From: a virus
Taxonomy: Duplodnaviria; Caudoviricetes
Virus record (IMG/VR): IMGVR_UViG_3300017716_000508
Location: 1-28,742 of that record
Reading direction: 5' to 3' (one strand)
DNA: 28,742 bases
Within the stretch, counting starts at the first letter, position 1. Every line of letters starts with the position of its first letter. Under the pieces are notes generated by a model. It had not been told where the DNA came from. It worked only from the letters and a program-made list of their open reading frames with translations, and did not search any database. The position numbers were made by a program, and so were the translations under genes. Shown piece after piece: positions 1-8,743 of the stretch.

Positions 1-681
1 GGTTCTATCGTGTATGGCACATCTAACAACGGAAGCGATGGCGTAGGCGACAACGTGCAAGCCCACCAATTGGATCGTGTTTGCTTGTTGCCGATGGCAA
101 AGCCTGATGCGCGGCGTTGGAATGTATGGGCAACAGCTAATGGTGTTTGCTCTGAGCTTCGTGCGTTCGTTGCGATGAACCCCCGCATTCTGGCTTCGTA
201 TCGTGACGGTGGGCAGGACAACAATGAGTTCATCTTTCACCCAAGCAAGTCAGGCAAGTTTGCGTCACCACGTACTTTGTTCAAGTGCAATCGTGCGGTA
301 ATGAACAGAGACATCATTGGCGCAGCCGATACAGAGGTCGCGTTGATCGGCACTATCGGCTTGGCAGCAGCCAAAGCGTTGTCAGTATTCCTTGACGTTA
401 AGAGTCAGGTCGTACCGACTAAGACTGTCATAGCTGATCCGATGGGCGTGAAAGTACCAGAGGACATTGCTGCGTTGTGCATGATGATGTTCAATGCGGT
501 CGATGACATTACTACGCAAGACGAGTTGTCTGCATTCATGAAGTTCGTCAAGCGTATGAACCAGAGCGAAATGCAATCGATATTCTTTACCATGATGATG
601 GGCAACAAGCGTTCGACAAAGCTGGCGGCGAACAACGACGACATCAAGTCATGGACTAAAGATAATTACAAGTATCTGTGA
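1..681 (+). CDS. MoxR-like AAA+ ATPase, C-terminal part (5' truncated by window edge)
   Basis: Frame is open from base 1 (GSIVYGTSN, sensor-1-like), followed by GDNVQAHQLDRV (Arg-finger-like) and SPRT. It lies directly upstream of a vWA gene, the usual MoxR partner. Walker motifs would be outside the window. Confidence 0.7.
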   Translation, partial: GSIVYGTSNNGSDGVGDNVQAHQLDRVCLLPMAKPDARRWNVWATANGVCSELRAFVAMNPRILASYRDGGQDNNEFIFHPSKSGKFASPRTLFKCNRAVMNRDIIGAADTEVALIGTIGLAAAKALSVFLDVKSQVVPTKTVIADPMGVKVPEDIAALCMMMFNAVDDITTQDELSAFMKFVKRMNQSEMQSIFFTMMMGNKRSTKLAANNDDIKSWTKDNYKYL

Positions 682-696
682 TCTAGGAGACTAAAC

Positions 697-1971
697 ATGG
701 CATACCTTACACCTGAAGAACGGCTGAAAAAGCAGCACATCATTCTGATGCGCCACCCTGAGACTGCGCAGTTCGGTAGCGTGATGATGATGGGCGAGAG
801 TTCAATAGAAGATGGCATCCCTACGGCCTACACCGATGGGCTAAACAAGAAGTACGGCAACCTGTTCATGGCAGGGCTGACCGATGAGGAAGTACGGGCG
901 TTGGTCACGCATGAGAATCTGCATGTGGGGTTGCTGCACATTCCACGTCACAAGGACTTGATGCGGGAAGATGGACTGTTGGCTAATGTAGCAATGGACA
1001 TCGTGGTCAACAACATCATCGATAACTTCAAGGACAAGACTCTGTGCAAGCTGCCAGCTAGTGCAATCCTTGACCATGCGTTCGATGGCTGGAATGTTCG
1101 TGACATATACAACGAACTAAAGAAGCAGAACCCACAGCGTAAGAAGCCGGAGGGTGGTGATAACGGCGGTCAGGGTCAGCCACAGGACGGTCATGGTCTA
1201 CCGCAGGATGGTAACGGTCAGCCACAGGATAGTGATGACGAGATCAACATCAACGGCAAGAAGGTCAAGGTGCAGGATGGTGATCATCATGACGGGTCAG
1301 GCGAGGAAGTATCTGAAGAGGAAGCTAAGAAGTTTGATGAACGAGTCAAACGTGCGTTGCGTGAGGGTGGCATCCTTGCAGGGCGACTGGGCGCTAATGT
1401 TCCCCGTGAGATAACAGCATCTCTGGACAAGCCTATCGACTGGAAGGAAGAGATGCGCGACTTCGTCACATCTGTGGTGCGTGGCAGAGATGAACTCACA
1501 TGGCGTAAGTTCAATCGTAATCTTTTGGCTAATGACATTCTTGCACCAAGCGCAGAGTCAGAGACCGTGACGGAAGTGATCTTTGCTTTCGATACGTCAG
1601 GCTCTATCACGCAGGAGATGATCGGCAAGGCAGCGTTTCAGTTGCAGTTGATCTGTGACATGGTAACGCCCACGACTGTGCGCGTTCTGTGGTGGGATAC
1701 CGAGGTGCATGGTGAGCAGGTGTTCGACGGTGACTCACCCAACATCAAGGACATTCTCAAGCCAATGGGCGGTGGTGGTACGCGTGTCTCATGTGTGTCG
1801 GAGTACATCATCAAGAAGAACTACAAGCCAGACTGCATCGTGGTCTTCACTGATGGCTACGTCGAAGATAAGGTCGCGTGGGTAACTGGCGTCGATACTC
1901 TGTGGCTGGTCACGGAGAACCGCAGCTTTGTTGCACCGAAGGGCAAGATGGTAAGAATCGATAAACTTTAA
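697..1971 (+). CDS. HExxH metallopeptidase + vWA domain protein (DUF2201-like)
   Basis: SD AGGAG at 685-689; TAYTDG, HENLH (HExxH), NVAMDIVVN; acidic/Gly linker; MIDAS DTSGS, GGGT and VFTDG in the C-terminal vWA domain. Confidence 0.88.
   Translation: MAYLTPEERLKKQHIILMRHPETAQFGSVMMMGESSIEDGIPTAYTDGLNKKYGNLFMAGLTDEEVRALVTHENLHVGLLHIPRHKDLMREDGLLANVAMDIVVNNIIDNFKDKTLCKLPASAILDHAFDGWNVRDIYNELKKQNPQRKKPEGGDNGGQGQPQDGHGLPQDGNGQPQDSDDEININGKKVKVQDGDHHDGSGEEVSEEEAKKFDERVKRALREGGILAGRLGANVPREITASLDKPIDWKEEMRDFVTSVVRGRDELTWRKFNRNLLANDILAPSAESETVTEVIFAFDTSGSITQEMIGKAAFQLQLICDMVTPTTVRVLWWDTEVHGEQVFDGDSPNIKDILKPMGGGGTRVSCVSEYIIKKNYKPDCIVVFTDGYVEDKVAWVTGVDTLWLVTENRSFVAPKGKMVRIDKL
1174..1236 (+). repeat. 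3 x 21-bp imperfect tandem repeat encoding G(Q/L)PQD(G/S)x in the interdomain linker
   Basis: ggtcagccacaggacggtcat / ggtctaccgcaggatggtaac / ggtcagccacaggatagtgat. Confidence 0.85.
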
Positions 1972-2002
1972 TTAGTAACCTAGACGACAAAGGGGAGTAT
2001 TT

Positions 2003-2980
2003 ATGAAAAAGTTCGTTCACCCATTCGCAGCAAAGATCACTGACGATGATGTCATGGCAAACAAAGCGTTCCCGCTTGTGCGGGAGTTGGCGCACAAGTA
2101 CAAGCTGCTTGTGCTTGCTAAGAGTACAGCGAGTGATCCAGAGTACAACGAGTTGTATATGGCGCGCGAAGATGGCATTCCTGTGTGCAAAGTATTCTTT
2201 ATGCGAGACAGGGAATCGTATGCGATTCGTAACTGCATGACAGAGAAAGATCGTGGGTCTACACGCGATGACAAGTTGACTTTCTTTGGTAAGAGAATAC
2301 CTTTCGTGATGAAGACTATCGAGAAAGAGAATCTTATTCCAAAGGACACATTGGCGTTTCTTAAGGCCACAACGGAGTACAACATCAAGAGCGCGGTTGA
2401 TAGCCTGTCATCGTCCTATGGTGAGATACGCAAGAGCGCGAGTATGAGCGGCGAGATCATGCACAGCTTGATCGAGATAGCTTTAGGCAATCGACATGTG
2501 TCTACCCTATCAGCAGAATCAATGACCAAAGTACAATCCGTACTTGACAAATGCAGAGCGGCAGATAAAACTAGAGCCGAACGTCAGCGAGAGCTGCACG
2601 AGGTATTTGGCAGTCCGATGTGGGTGATTATCTATGACATGACTGATTCGTTTTGTATTGGCAAGATGAAGTTGTCACCGACATGGGACGGTATAGGCGA
2701 TACAACACCAGCGTCATTGGACATGGAGATCACTGAAGACTTTCGTCGTGTAGCAGACATAACCGAGGTGACTGAATTGATTCCGACTATGGTGATGCTG
2801 AAGACTTCAATAGAACAAGCAAGACCCGACATCAAGTACGACTTCGCTGGTGATAGCAAGTTCTTCCCTAGAAATTGGAATAGCGTATCGACTGAGTTAC
2901 GAGCGATGGCGGTTGATTGCAGTAGTAGCTGGAGCAGCAACGGGTTACTTAAACCACGTTTGCTAATGGTTGCAGCATGA
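2003..2980 (+). CDS. hypothetical phage protein (325 aa)
   Basis: Long ORF, strong SD GGGGAG, ATGA overlap with next gene; no motif recognised. Confidence 0.8.
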   Translation: MKKFVHPFAAKITDDDVMANKAFPLVRELAHKYKLLVLAKSTASDPEYNELYMAREDGIPVCKVFFMRDRESYAIRNCMTEKDRGSTRDDKLTFFGKRIPFVMKTIEKENLIPKDTLAFLKATTEYNIKSAVDSLSSSYGEIRKSASMSGEIMHSLIEIALGNRHVSTLSAESMTKVQSVLDKCRAADKTRAERQRELHEVFGSPMWVIIYDMTDSFCIGKMKLSPTWDGIGDTTPASLDMEITEDFRRVADITEVTELIPTMVMLKTSIEQARPDIKYDFAGDSKFFPRNWNSVSTELRAMAVDCSSSWSSNGLLKPRLLMVAA

Positions 2981-3357
2981 ATGTGGATACAGAAGGCACA
3001 CCGATTGACGCTTATAGATTTATTAATGAGAACAATCTATCGCCGGTAGGGCTTGAGTCAGACAAAGAGATGTACCGTGTACCTGTTCACATAGAAAAAG
3101 AACTACACACGGTATTTGTAGGTGATAACCACAAGCGGATGTTCGATGCGAATTCTTTGCCGGATTTCTTGAAGCACAAACTGGCGATGATTATTGCTCG
3201 AAATGAAAGACCACTTACAAGCGATGATTTGCTTACTGAATTGACCCTTTTTATGACGAGGAGGGGTGATTTTGAATATATCGGTTGGCGGGCGTCACCT
3301 AGCTATTACATTGTAGTCATGACTTATGCTGAACTTAAATCATTGACGGGTAAGTAA
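2977..3357 (+). CDS. hypothetical phage protein (126 aa)
   Basis: Coupled ORF (ATGA overlap) that abuts the VRR-NUC start. Confidence 0.75.
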   Translation: MNVDTEGTPIDAYRFINENNLSPVGLESDKEMYRVPVHIEKELHTVFVGDNHKRMFDANSLPDFLKHKLAMIIARNERPLTSDDLLTELTLFMTRRGDFEYIGWRASPSYYIVVMTYAELKSLTGK

Positions 3358-3657
3358 ATGACACCTGAAGGCAAAGTAAAAAAGATTGGACGCGCCACAA
3401 TGACCAAGATGGGGATGTACCACTTTCCTACGTTCTCTGGTGGTTATGGCCGTTCAGGTGTCCCTGATGACATAGGTTGCTATCAGGGGATTTTTGTTGC
3501 AGTGGAGTACAAAGCGAACGGGGGCAAGCCGACTGCCCTTCAATTAAAAAACATGGACGACATACGCAAGAGTGGCGGCGTGGCATTACTTGTTGATGAA
3601 ACAAACGTTCATCAGTTAGAGGAGTTAATCAATCATGAAATTCAAAGTCGTGGGTAA
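3358..3657 (+). CDS. VRR-NUC domain nuclease (PD-(D/E)XK, Holliday junction resolvase-like)
   Basis: MTPEGKVK...GRSGVPDDIGC...FVAVEYKA...PTALQ...GG motif series typical of stand-alone phage VRR-NUC proteins. Confidence 0.88.
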   Translation: MTPEGKVKKIGRATMTKMGMYHFPTFSGGYGRSGVPDDIGCYQGIFVAVEYKANGGKPTALQLKNMDDIRKSGGVALLVDETNVHQLEELINHEIQSRG

Positions 3658-3829
3658 AGAAAGGCTGGTTGTACCTGACGTAGAACACGATCAACACATG
3701 AGTCCGTTAGATAATTTTCGGTGGACATCTGGAGCAAACGTGCAAGCAGTATGGCGCAAGCATGGATGGCAACCGCCAACCGAGTACCGTACTGATTATC
3801 TTTTTATGAAAAACAGAGAGGCTAAATAA
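3635..3829 (+). CDS. hypothetical protein (64 aa)
   Basis: SD GAGGAG upstream; TAATG overlap with next gene; VQAVWRKHGWQPP segment. Confidence 0.7.
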   Translation: MKFKVVGKERLVVPDVEHDQHMSPLDNFRWTSGANVQAVWRKHGWQPPTEYRTDYLFMKNREAK

Positions 3830-4284
3830 TGAAAAACGGAATGAGTGTACGTAGGTTTCTTTTACAAAATCCAAATGCAACTACTAAAGCAGTAGTTGCT
3901 GCTACTGGAGCACTGACTAAGAGTGTAGCTACCATGCGTAGCGCCCTCCGTAAAGAAGGTATTGAGTGTTCGCCGCCCAAGAGTAGACGTGCTCGCAGAC
4001 TGAGGAAATTTATTGATCTATCCGCAGCGGGTTCACCAATCCGTCCGAAGGCGCGTTTAGCATCGTCTACTGACTTTGTTAAACCTGATCTAATTAACCA
4101 TCCCCCACACTACACAGCCGGTGGTGTCGAGACCATCGACTTCATCGAAGCCAAAAAGCTCAACTATAACTTGGGCAACGCTGTGAAGTACATCACACGA
4201 GCCGACCACAAAGGCAGTCGCATTGAAGACTTACAGAAAGCCAAGTGGTATCTGGAGCGTGAGATTCTTTCCCAACACATTTAA
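3829..4284 (+). CDS. DUF3310 (SaV-like / T7 gp1.7-like) domain protein with basic N-terminal extension
   Basis: DLINHPPHY...ETIDFIE...GNAVKYITRADHKG...EDLQKAKWYL is the DUF3310 signature. Confidence 0.88.
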   Translation: MKNGMSVRRFLLQNPNATTKAVVAATGALTKSVATMRSALRKEGIECSPPKSRRARRLRKFIDLSAAGSPIRPKARLASSTDFVKPDLINHPPHYTAGGVETIDFIEAKKLNYNLGNAVKYITRADHKGSRIEDLQKAKWYLEREILSQHI

Positions 4285-4290
4285 TTGTTT

Positions 4291-4320
4291 AACGGTTCAG
4301 GGCAACCTGAACCGTTGTTC
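4291..4320 (+). terminator. perfect 11-bp hairpin with GCAA loop; possible terminator or RNA-processing element
   Basis: AACGGTTCAGG-GCAA-CCTGAACCGTT in the intergenic gap after DUF3310; only a weak U-tract follows (GTTCT). Confidence 0.55.
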
Positions 4321-4337
4321 TACCAAGGCGTATCAAT

Positions 4338-4628
4338 ATGCAATGCCCTACCTGCAACTCCGGCAGTATCGTATCTACAACAATTCAATTAGATGGAGAA
4401 GTAAAGCGTCACCGCAAGTGCAAGATGTGCAATAAAAGATTCGTTACTCTTGAGGCGTTAATCGAAAGTATGCCCGTGGGCAGACCCGCTAAATTGACGC
4501 CAGTTCCTGATGCTAGGGGTATATACACACCGGAAGCTGCGGTGTCGTTGAAGATGCAAAAGGTTGTGACAAGGCGCAGGAACGAAGACAGAGTATCAAG
4601 CTATTACATAGAGGATGACTACGAATGA
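4338..4628 (+). CDS. Zn-ribbon protein resembling the NrdR N-terminal domain (no ATP cone)
   Basis: MQCPTC...VKRHRKCKMCNKRFVTLE matches the NrdR-type MxCPxC...RRRxCxxCxxRFTTxE pattern. Confidence 0.7.
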   Translation: MQCPTCNSGSIVSTTIQLDGEVKRHRKCKMCNKRFVTLEALIESMPVGRPAKLTPVPDARGIYTPEAAVSLKMQKVVTRRRNEDRVSSYYIEDDYE

Positions 4629-5137
4629 CCAGCAAATATGATGAATCTGCAAAAGAACACGCAGATCGACTTAAAACTACGGGGCACAGAAAACCTTTAC
4701 GTTCATTTAAAGAACTGTGTAAAGAAGTTGGCGTGGGTTCTAAGTCTATGGCGGGATACTTAGGCACACTTAACGGCCCAAAAGCTAAGATAAACAGTAG
4801 AGGCGGTGTAGTTAAAAATATGTGGTATGACCCTGACGAGTTTCGTGCGTGGTGGAAAGAAGTAAAACGCAAGATGGAAACGCCGGAATATAAAAAATAC
4901 GTAAATAAAAAGAAAGCCCCAAAAGAATATAAACCCACTGAGGCGTTTCGACTACAGCAATGGCTACGTGAATGCAACGGGGCAACATGGGCGCAGATTC
5001 GTGAAGCTGGGTTCAAAGGGGTGTATGGCGGCGCAACTAGCCGGATGATTGCTTACGGCGCATTACGCAGGGAAGGCGATTTGTTTATAGCTACTGATGT
5101 GGATTACAAACCAAAGAAAGGGCGCTATGATCATTGA
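4625..5137 (+). CDS. putative DNA-binding protein (HTH/excisionase-like N-terminal region)
   Basis: SD GAGG, ATGA overlap; SFKELCKEVGV...WYDPDEFRAWW looks like a winged HTH; Lys-rich. Confidence 0.6.
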   Translation: MTSKYDESAKEHADRLKTTGHRKPLRSFKELCKEVGVGSKSMAGYLGTLNGPKAKINSRGGVVKNMWYDPDEFRAWWKEVKRKMETPEYKKYVNKKKAPKEYKPTEAFRLQQWLRECNGATWAQIREAGFKGVYGGATSRMIAYGALRREGDLFIATDVDYKPKKGRYDH

Positions 5138-5330
5138 GAGCATTAGTTTCAAACGTGTACTGGATTGGATTAACTATGTATGGGCTAAGTCTCTCATAGC
5201 GTTCGGTATGTTTTTAATTGGCATGAGCGTCGGACAGATTCAAGTTGAAAGCCGCATTACATCCGATTGCAGGTTTGCGGGTTCGTTTCGCGTAGAGATA
5301 CAAGCCTTTAACTGTCAACGGAGGATTTAA
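5127..5330 (+). CDS. small membrane protein (one hydrophobic helix)
   Basis: ATG at 5127 after AAAGGG preferred over the upstream track start; hydrophobic segment LIAFGMFLIGMSVG. Confidence 0.6.
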   Translation: MIIESISFKRVLDWINYVWAKSLIAFGMFLIGMSVGQIQVESRITSDCRFAGSFRVEIQAFNCQRRI

Positions 5331-5518
5331 TGAAAGCATTTCCAAACATGACGAACCAGCAGGGCATGGACTTGCGCGATTACTTTGCGGCGAAGGCCGT
5401 GCATAGTTTTATCATGGGCGCGTTTATGGAAGAAAGGGATATTGACTACAAAGACATGGCTGAAGCAGCGTATGAGTTAGCAGACGCAATGATGAAAGCA
5501 AGAAATGAAACCACCTGA
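5330..5518 (+). CDS. conserved small phage protein (GMxLRDYFAAKA family)
   Basis: AFP...GMDLRDYFAAKA...AYELADAMMKAR motif, familiar from proteobacterial phages; SD GGAGG. Confidence 0.8.
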   Translation: MKAFPNMTNQQGMDLRDYFAAKAVHSFIMGAFMEERDIDYKDMAEAAYELADAMMKARNETT

Positions 5519-5687
5519 GATCGTAGCCGTTGCGTTCTACGTAGCTATCGCTGTGTTCAGCTTGTACTACGGGACGAAGGCAATTATTAATGAGCCGCAG
5601 TTAATGTGTGGTGTGGCAGAGATAAGCCCTGACTTCAGGGAAGCAGATCGTATGCGATGCAGACAACAGAGAGGACATAAGTTATGA
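5505..5687 (+). CDS. small membrane-anchored protein
   Basis: N-terminal hydrophobic helix IVAVAFYVAIAVFSLYYG, then CGVAEISPDF...C. Confidence 0.65.
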   Translation: MKPPEIVAVAFYVAIAVFSLYYGTKAIINEPQLMCGVAEISPDFREADRMRCRQQRGHKL

Positions 5688-5863
5688 AATCTTTAAAGTC
5701 AGTTAAAGAAGCGGATTCTTTACTGGATTTGTTATCTAACCTTCCCAAGGGTAATGAGAACAACACGGCAAAGGCGTTCGACGATAAGCCCAAGAAGAAG
5801 TGGCATGGCACTACCACAACAGTAAAGAACTCTGGGCGCGTTAATAAGACGAAAGGGAAGTGA
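5684..5863 (+). CDS. hypothetical basic protein (59 aa; not in ORF track)
   Basis: Manual translation MKSLKSVKEADSLLDLL...KTKGK*; SD GAGGA; ATGA overlap; fills the operon gap. Confidence 0.6.
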   Translation: MKSLKSVKEADSLLDLLSNLPKGNENNTAKAFDDKPKKKWHGTTTTVKNSGRVNKTKGK

Positions 5864-5864
5864 T

Positions 5865-6038
5865 ATGAAATGCGAACGATGCGGCGAAAATAATCCGGCT
5901 GAGATACATACGTGTACACCGAAGCGCGAATGGCAGGGGCTGACGGATGAGGAAATGCGGGAATTATGGGACAAGAAGGGTTGGTACGTGACCATGTTCA
6001 AAGCGGTTGAAGCCAAACTAAAGGAGAAGAACACATGA
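5865..6038 (+). CDS. small phage protein with CxxC...HxC knuckle and WxGLTDEE...EAKLKEKN motif (57 aa; not in ORF track)
   Basis: Manual translation MKCERCGENNPAEIHTCTPKREWQGLTDEEMRELWDKKGWYVTMFKAVEAKLKEKNT*; SD AAGGG. Confidence 0.75.
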   Translation: MKCERCGENNPAEIHTCTPKREWQGLTDEEMRELWDKKGWYVTMFKAVEAKLKEKNT

Positions 6039-6190
6039 AAGACTATTCAAACTACGAAACACAACGAAGCATTTTGATTGAGTACCTGCAAGTAATGATT
6101 GCTCGATGTGATTGGCACGGGGTAGCTGACGTAGCTATGGACTTGCGCGAGATGGAGGCCGAGCGCCGCACAATAATGGAAAAACAATGA
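6035..6190 (+). CDS. hypothetical protein (51 aa; not in ORF track)
   Basis: Manual translation MKDYSNYETQRSILIEYLQVMIARCDWHGVADVAMDLREMEAERRTIMEKQ*; SD AAGGAG; ATGA overlaps at both ends. Confidence 0.75.
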   Translation: MKDYSNYETQRSILIEYLQVMIARCDWHGVADVAMDLREMEAERRTIMEKQ

Positions 6191-8067
6191 GTCTAGTAAC
6201 GCTTGATTGGGAGACGTACTACGCCACGGGGTTTGGGTTTAAGAACCTGACCACTGAGGAATACATACGTGACAAACAGTTCGAAGAGATTGGTGTCGGC
6301 ATCAAGATCGATGACGCGCCCGCGTATTGGGTTTCAGGTACACATGAAGAGATAAAGAAACATCTGACGGAATTGACAGATTGGTCGGACTCCGCCCTGT
6401 TATGTCACAACACCCTTTTCGACGGGGCGATACTAGGTTGGCGATTTGGTATACACCCCGCTTTTTATTTAGACACACTGTGCATGGCGAGAGCTTTGCA
6501 TGGTGTGGACGCAGGTGGGAGTCTTGGCGCGTTGGCTGAACGCTATGAGATTGGTGAGAAGGGTGATGAGGTAAACAATGCTCTGGGCAAGCGCCGTGCA
6601 GACTTCACACCCGTAGAGTTGGCTAGATACGGTGAGTACTGTAAGAATGACGTAGAACTCACTTACAAGTTGTTCAACATGATGGCCCCGAACTTCCCCG
6701 GCGATGAGATAAAACTCATTGATATGACGCTGCGTATGTTCCTTGAGCCTGTGTTTATGGTGGATGATGCACTGCTTGTGCAACGGCTAGAAGACTTGAA
6801 GAAAGAAAAGAACGACCTATTGGCTACTTTGATGAAGGATTTAAAGTGCGATGACGAAGAATCTGTTAGGAAGAAGTTGGCTAGTAATAAGCAATTCGCT
6901 GCACTCCTTCAGTCACTTGATCCCCCAGTGGTTCCACCAACTAAGATCAGCCCAGTCACGGGAAAAGAGACTTTTGCTTTGGCAAAAAACGACGAAGGCT
7001 TTATCGCACTATCGGAACATGAAGACCCACTTGTCCAACAGCTATGCGCCGTGCGACTTGGAACTAAATCAACTCTGGAAGAGTCTCGCATCACTCGATT
7101 CATCGACACGGGGAAACGCAATAAAGGACTACTGCCCATCCCCCTTAAATATTACGGCGCACATACTGGACGATGGAGCGGTTCAGACAAGGTTAATTTC
7201 CAGAACCTTCCTAGCCGGGATAAGAAAAAGAAGACCCTCAAGAACGCCGTACTCCCTCCCGACGGTTGCGTGGTCATTAACTGTGATTCATCCCAGATCG
7301 AAGCCCGTGTGTTGGCTTGGCTTTCAGGACAAGACGATGTTGTTCGACAGTTCGCCAGCGGTGACGACGTATATTCAATCTTCGCTTCGAAAGTCTACAA
7401 CCGCACCGTAACCAAGGCGAACGCAGAGGAGCGGTTCGTAGGCAAGACCTGCATCTTGGGGCTAGGCTACGGCACTGGCTGGAAAAAATTACAGCACACA
7501 CTAGCAACTGCACAACCAATTAGCGTTGCTTTACCTGACGAGGAATGTCAGTCCATAGTAAATCTTTATCGAAATGTTAACGACAATATTATTTCGCTAT
7601 GGAAAGACAGTGATTCAGCGTTGGCTGAACTAGCCAACTGGGACGCCAAGTCTAAGCCGTTTTATCTGGGGCTGCATGAGTGTTTGCGTGTCACGGGTGA
7701 GGGTATTGAACTACCTAATGGATTAATGATTCGCTATCCGAAGCTGCACTATGACACGAGCGAAGCCAAGTCTCAGTACAAGTACAAGTCCCGCAAGGGC
7801 GAGATCAGTATCTGGGGCGGGGCAGTAGTAGAAAATGTAGTCCAAGCGTTGGCTAGGATTGTGGTAGGTGAACAGATGTTGGCAATCAATGAGCGGTATC
7901 GGGTAGCCCTGACAGTGCATGACGCAGCCGTGATCGTAGTTCCGGAGGCGGAGCGCGAAGAGGCTATGGCTTTCATCGTTGAGAAGATGTCCATCCCACC
8001 GGCTTGGGCTATAGGTTTACCTGTTGCATGTGAGGCGAAATGGGGGCATAGTTATGGTGAGTGTTAA
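6187..8067 (+). CDS. polA: family A DNA polymerase with 3'-5' exonuclease domain
   Basis: ExoI DWET, ExoII HNTLFD, ExoIII YCKND; TGRWS, NFQNLP; motif A DSSQIEARV, motif B RFVGKTCILGLGYG, motif C VHD. Confidence 0.95.
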   Translation: MSLVTLDWETYYATGFGFKNLTTEEYIRDKQFEEIGVGIKIDDAPAYWVSGTHEEIKKHLTELTDWSDSALLCHNTLFDGAILGWRFGIHPAFYLDTLCMARALHGVDAGGSLGALAERYEIGEKGDEVNNALGKRRADFTPVELARYGEYCKNDVELTYKLFNMMAPNFPGDEIKLIDMTLRMFLEPVFMVDDALLVQRLEDLKKEKNDLLATLMKDLKCDDEESVRKKLASNKQFAALLQSLDPPVVPPTKISPVTGKETFALAKNDEGFIALSEHEDPLVQQLCAVRLGTKSTLEESRITRFIDTGKRNKGLLPIPLKYYGAHTGRWSGSDKVNFQNLPSRDKKKKTLKNAVLPPDGCVVINCDSSQIEARVLAWLSGQDDVVRQFASGDDVYSIFASKVYNRTVTKANAEERFVGKTCILGLGYGTGWKKLQHTLATAQPISVALPDEECQSIVNLYRNVNDNIISLWKDSDSALAELANWDAKSKPFYLGLHECLRVTGEGIELPNGLMIRYPKLHYDTSEAKSQYKYKSRKGEISIWGGAVVENVVQALARIVVGEQMLAINERYRVALTVHDAAVIVVPEAEREEAMAFIVEKMSIPPAWAIGLPVACEAKWGHSYGEC

Positions 8068-8083
8068 CAAATAAAGGTCTCCC

Positions 8084-8743
8084 ATGCAACCAATCAAGTG
8101 GTCGTTCTCAGGTCTCAAAACATATATAAATTGTCCAAAGCAGTATCACGAAGTAAAGGTGCTAAAAAACTATGAGGTTAAAGCGACACAACAAATGCTT
8201 TACGGGACTGACGTACATAGCGCGTTGGAGAACTACGCGAAAGACGGCACAGAGTTACCACAGAACTACAAGCGGTTTGCGTCCTTGGTTGACCCACTTC
8301 TGGAGATTGATGGTGAACGGTTTCCTGAACACGAGATGGCGTTAGATATAAATAAAGAGCCGTGCGGGTTTCATTCTAAAGAATATTGGGTAAGAGGTAT
8401 CGTTGACTTGATGATTATCTCCGGTGACACAGCGTTCATCGTTGACTACAAGACAGGCAGTGACCGTTACCCTGATGTAAAACAGTTAAGGCTGATGGCG
8501 TTGATGACTTACGCGCACTTCCCGCAGGTAGAGAAGATCAAGGCGGGGCTAATGTTCGTTATGCACAACAACTTTATTGCTGAAGACTATCACCGTGGAC
8601 AGATTTCGGCGTTGTGGAATAGTTTTAACGGAGACCTTGAGCGGATGAAGATGTCATACGAGAACGATGCGTGGCAGAAGAATCCTACGCCACTGTGCGG
8701 CTGGTGTCCGGTCAATACGTGTGAGCATCACAGGAGTCGGTGA
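8084..8743 (+). CDS. Cas4/RecB-like PD-(D/E)XK exonuclease
   Basis: WSFS...CP, GTDVH, RGIVDL, IVDYKTG, QL, and C-terminal CGWCPVNTC (1+3 Cys Fe-S pattern). Confidence 0.9.
   Translation: MQPIKWSFSGLKTYINCPKQYHEVKVLKNYEVKATQQMLYGTDVHSALENYAKDGTELPQNYKRFASLVDPLLEIDGERFPEHEMALDINKEPCGFHSKEYWVRGIVDLMIISGDTAFIVDYKTGSDRYPDVKQLRLMALMTYAHFPQVEKIKAGLMFVMHNNFIAEDYHRGQISALWNSFNGDLERMKMSYENDAWQKNPTPLCGWCPVNTCEHHRSR

Noticed and set aside
2544-2572. Internal sigma70 promoter (perfect TTGACA)
   Set aside because: No good -10 at 17-bp spacing (TAAAAC at 16, AAAACT at 17), and it lies within a CDS; too weak to call.
6851-7411. 186-aa alternate-frame ORF inside polA, and similar ones inside the primase
   Set aside because: They overlap highly constrained catalytic regions, with Ser/Arg/Leu-rich off-frame composition and no protein-like pattern.
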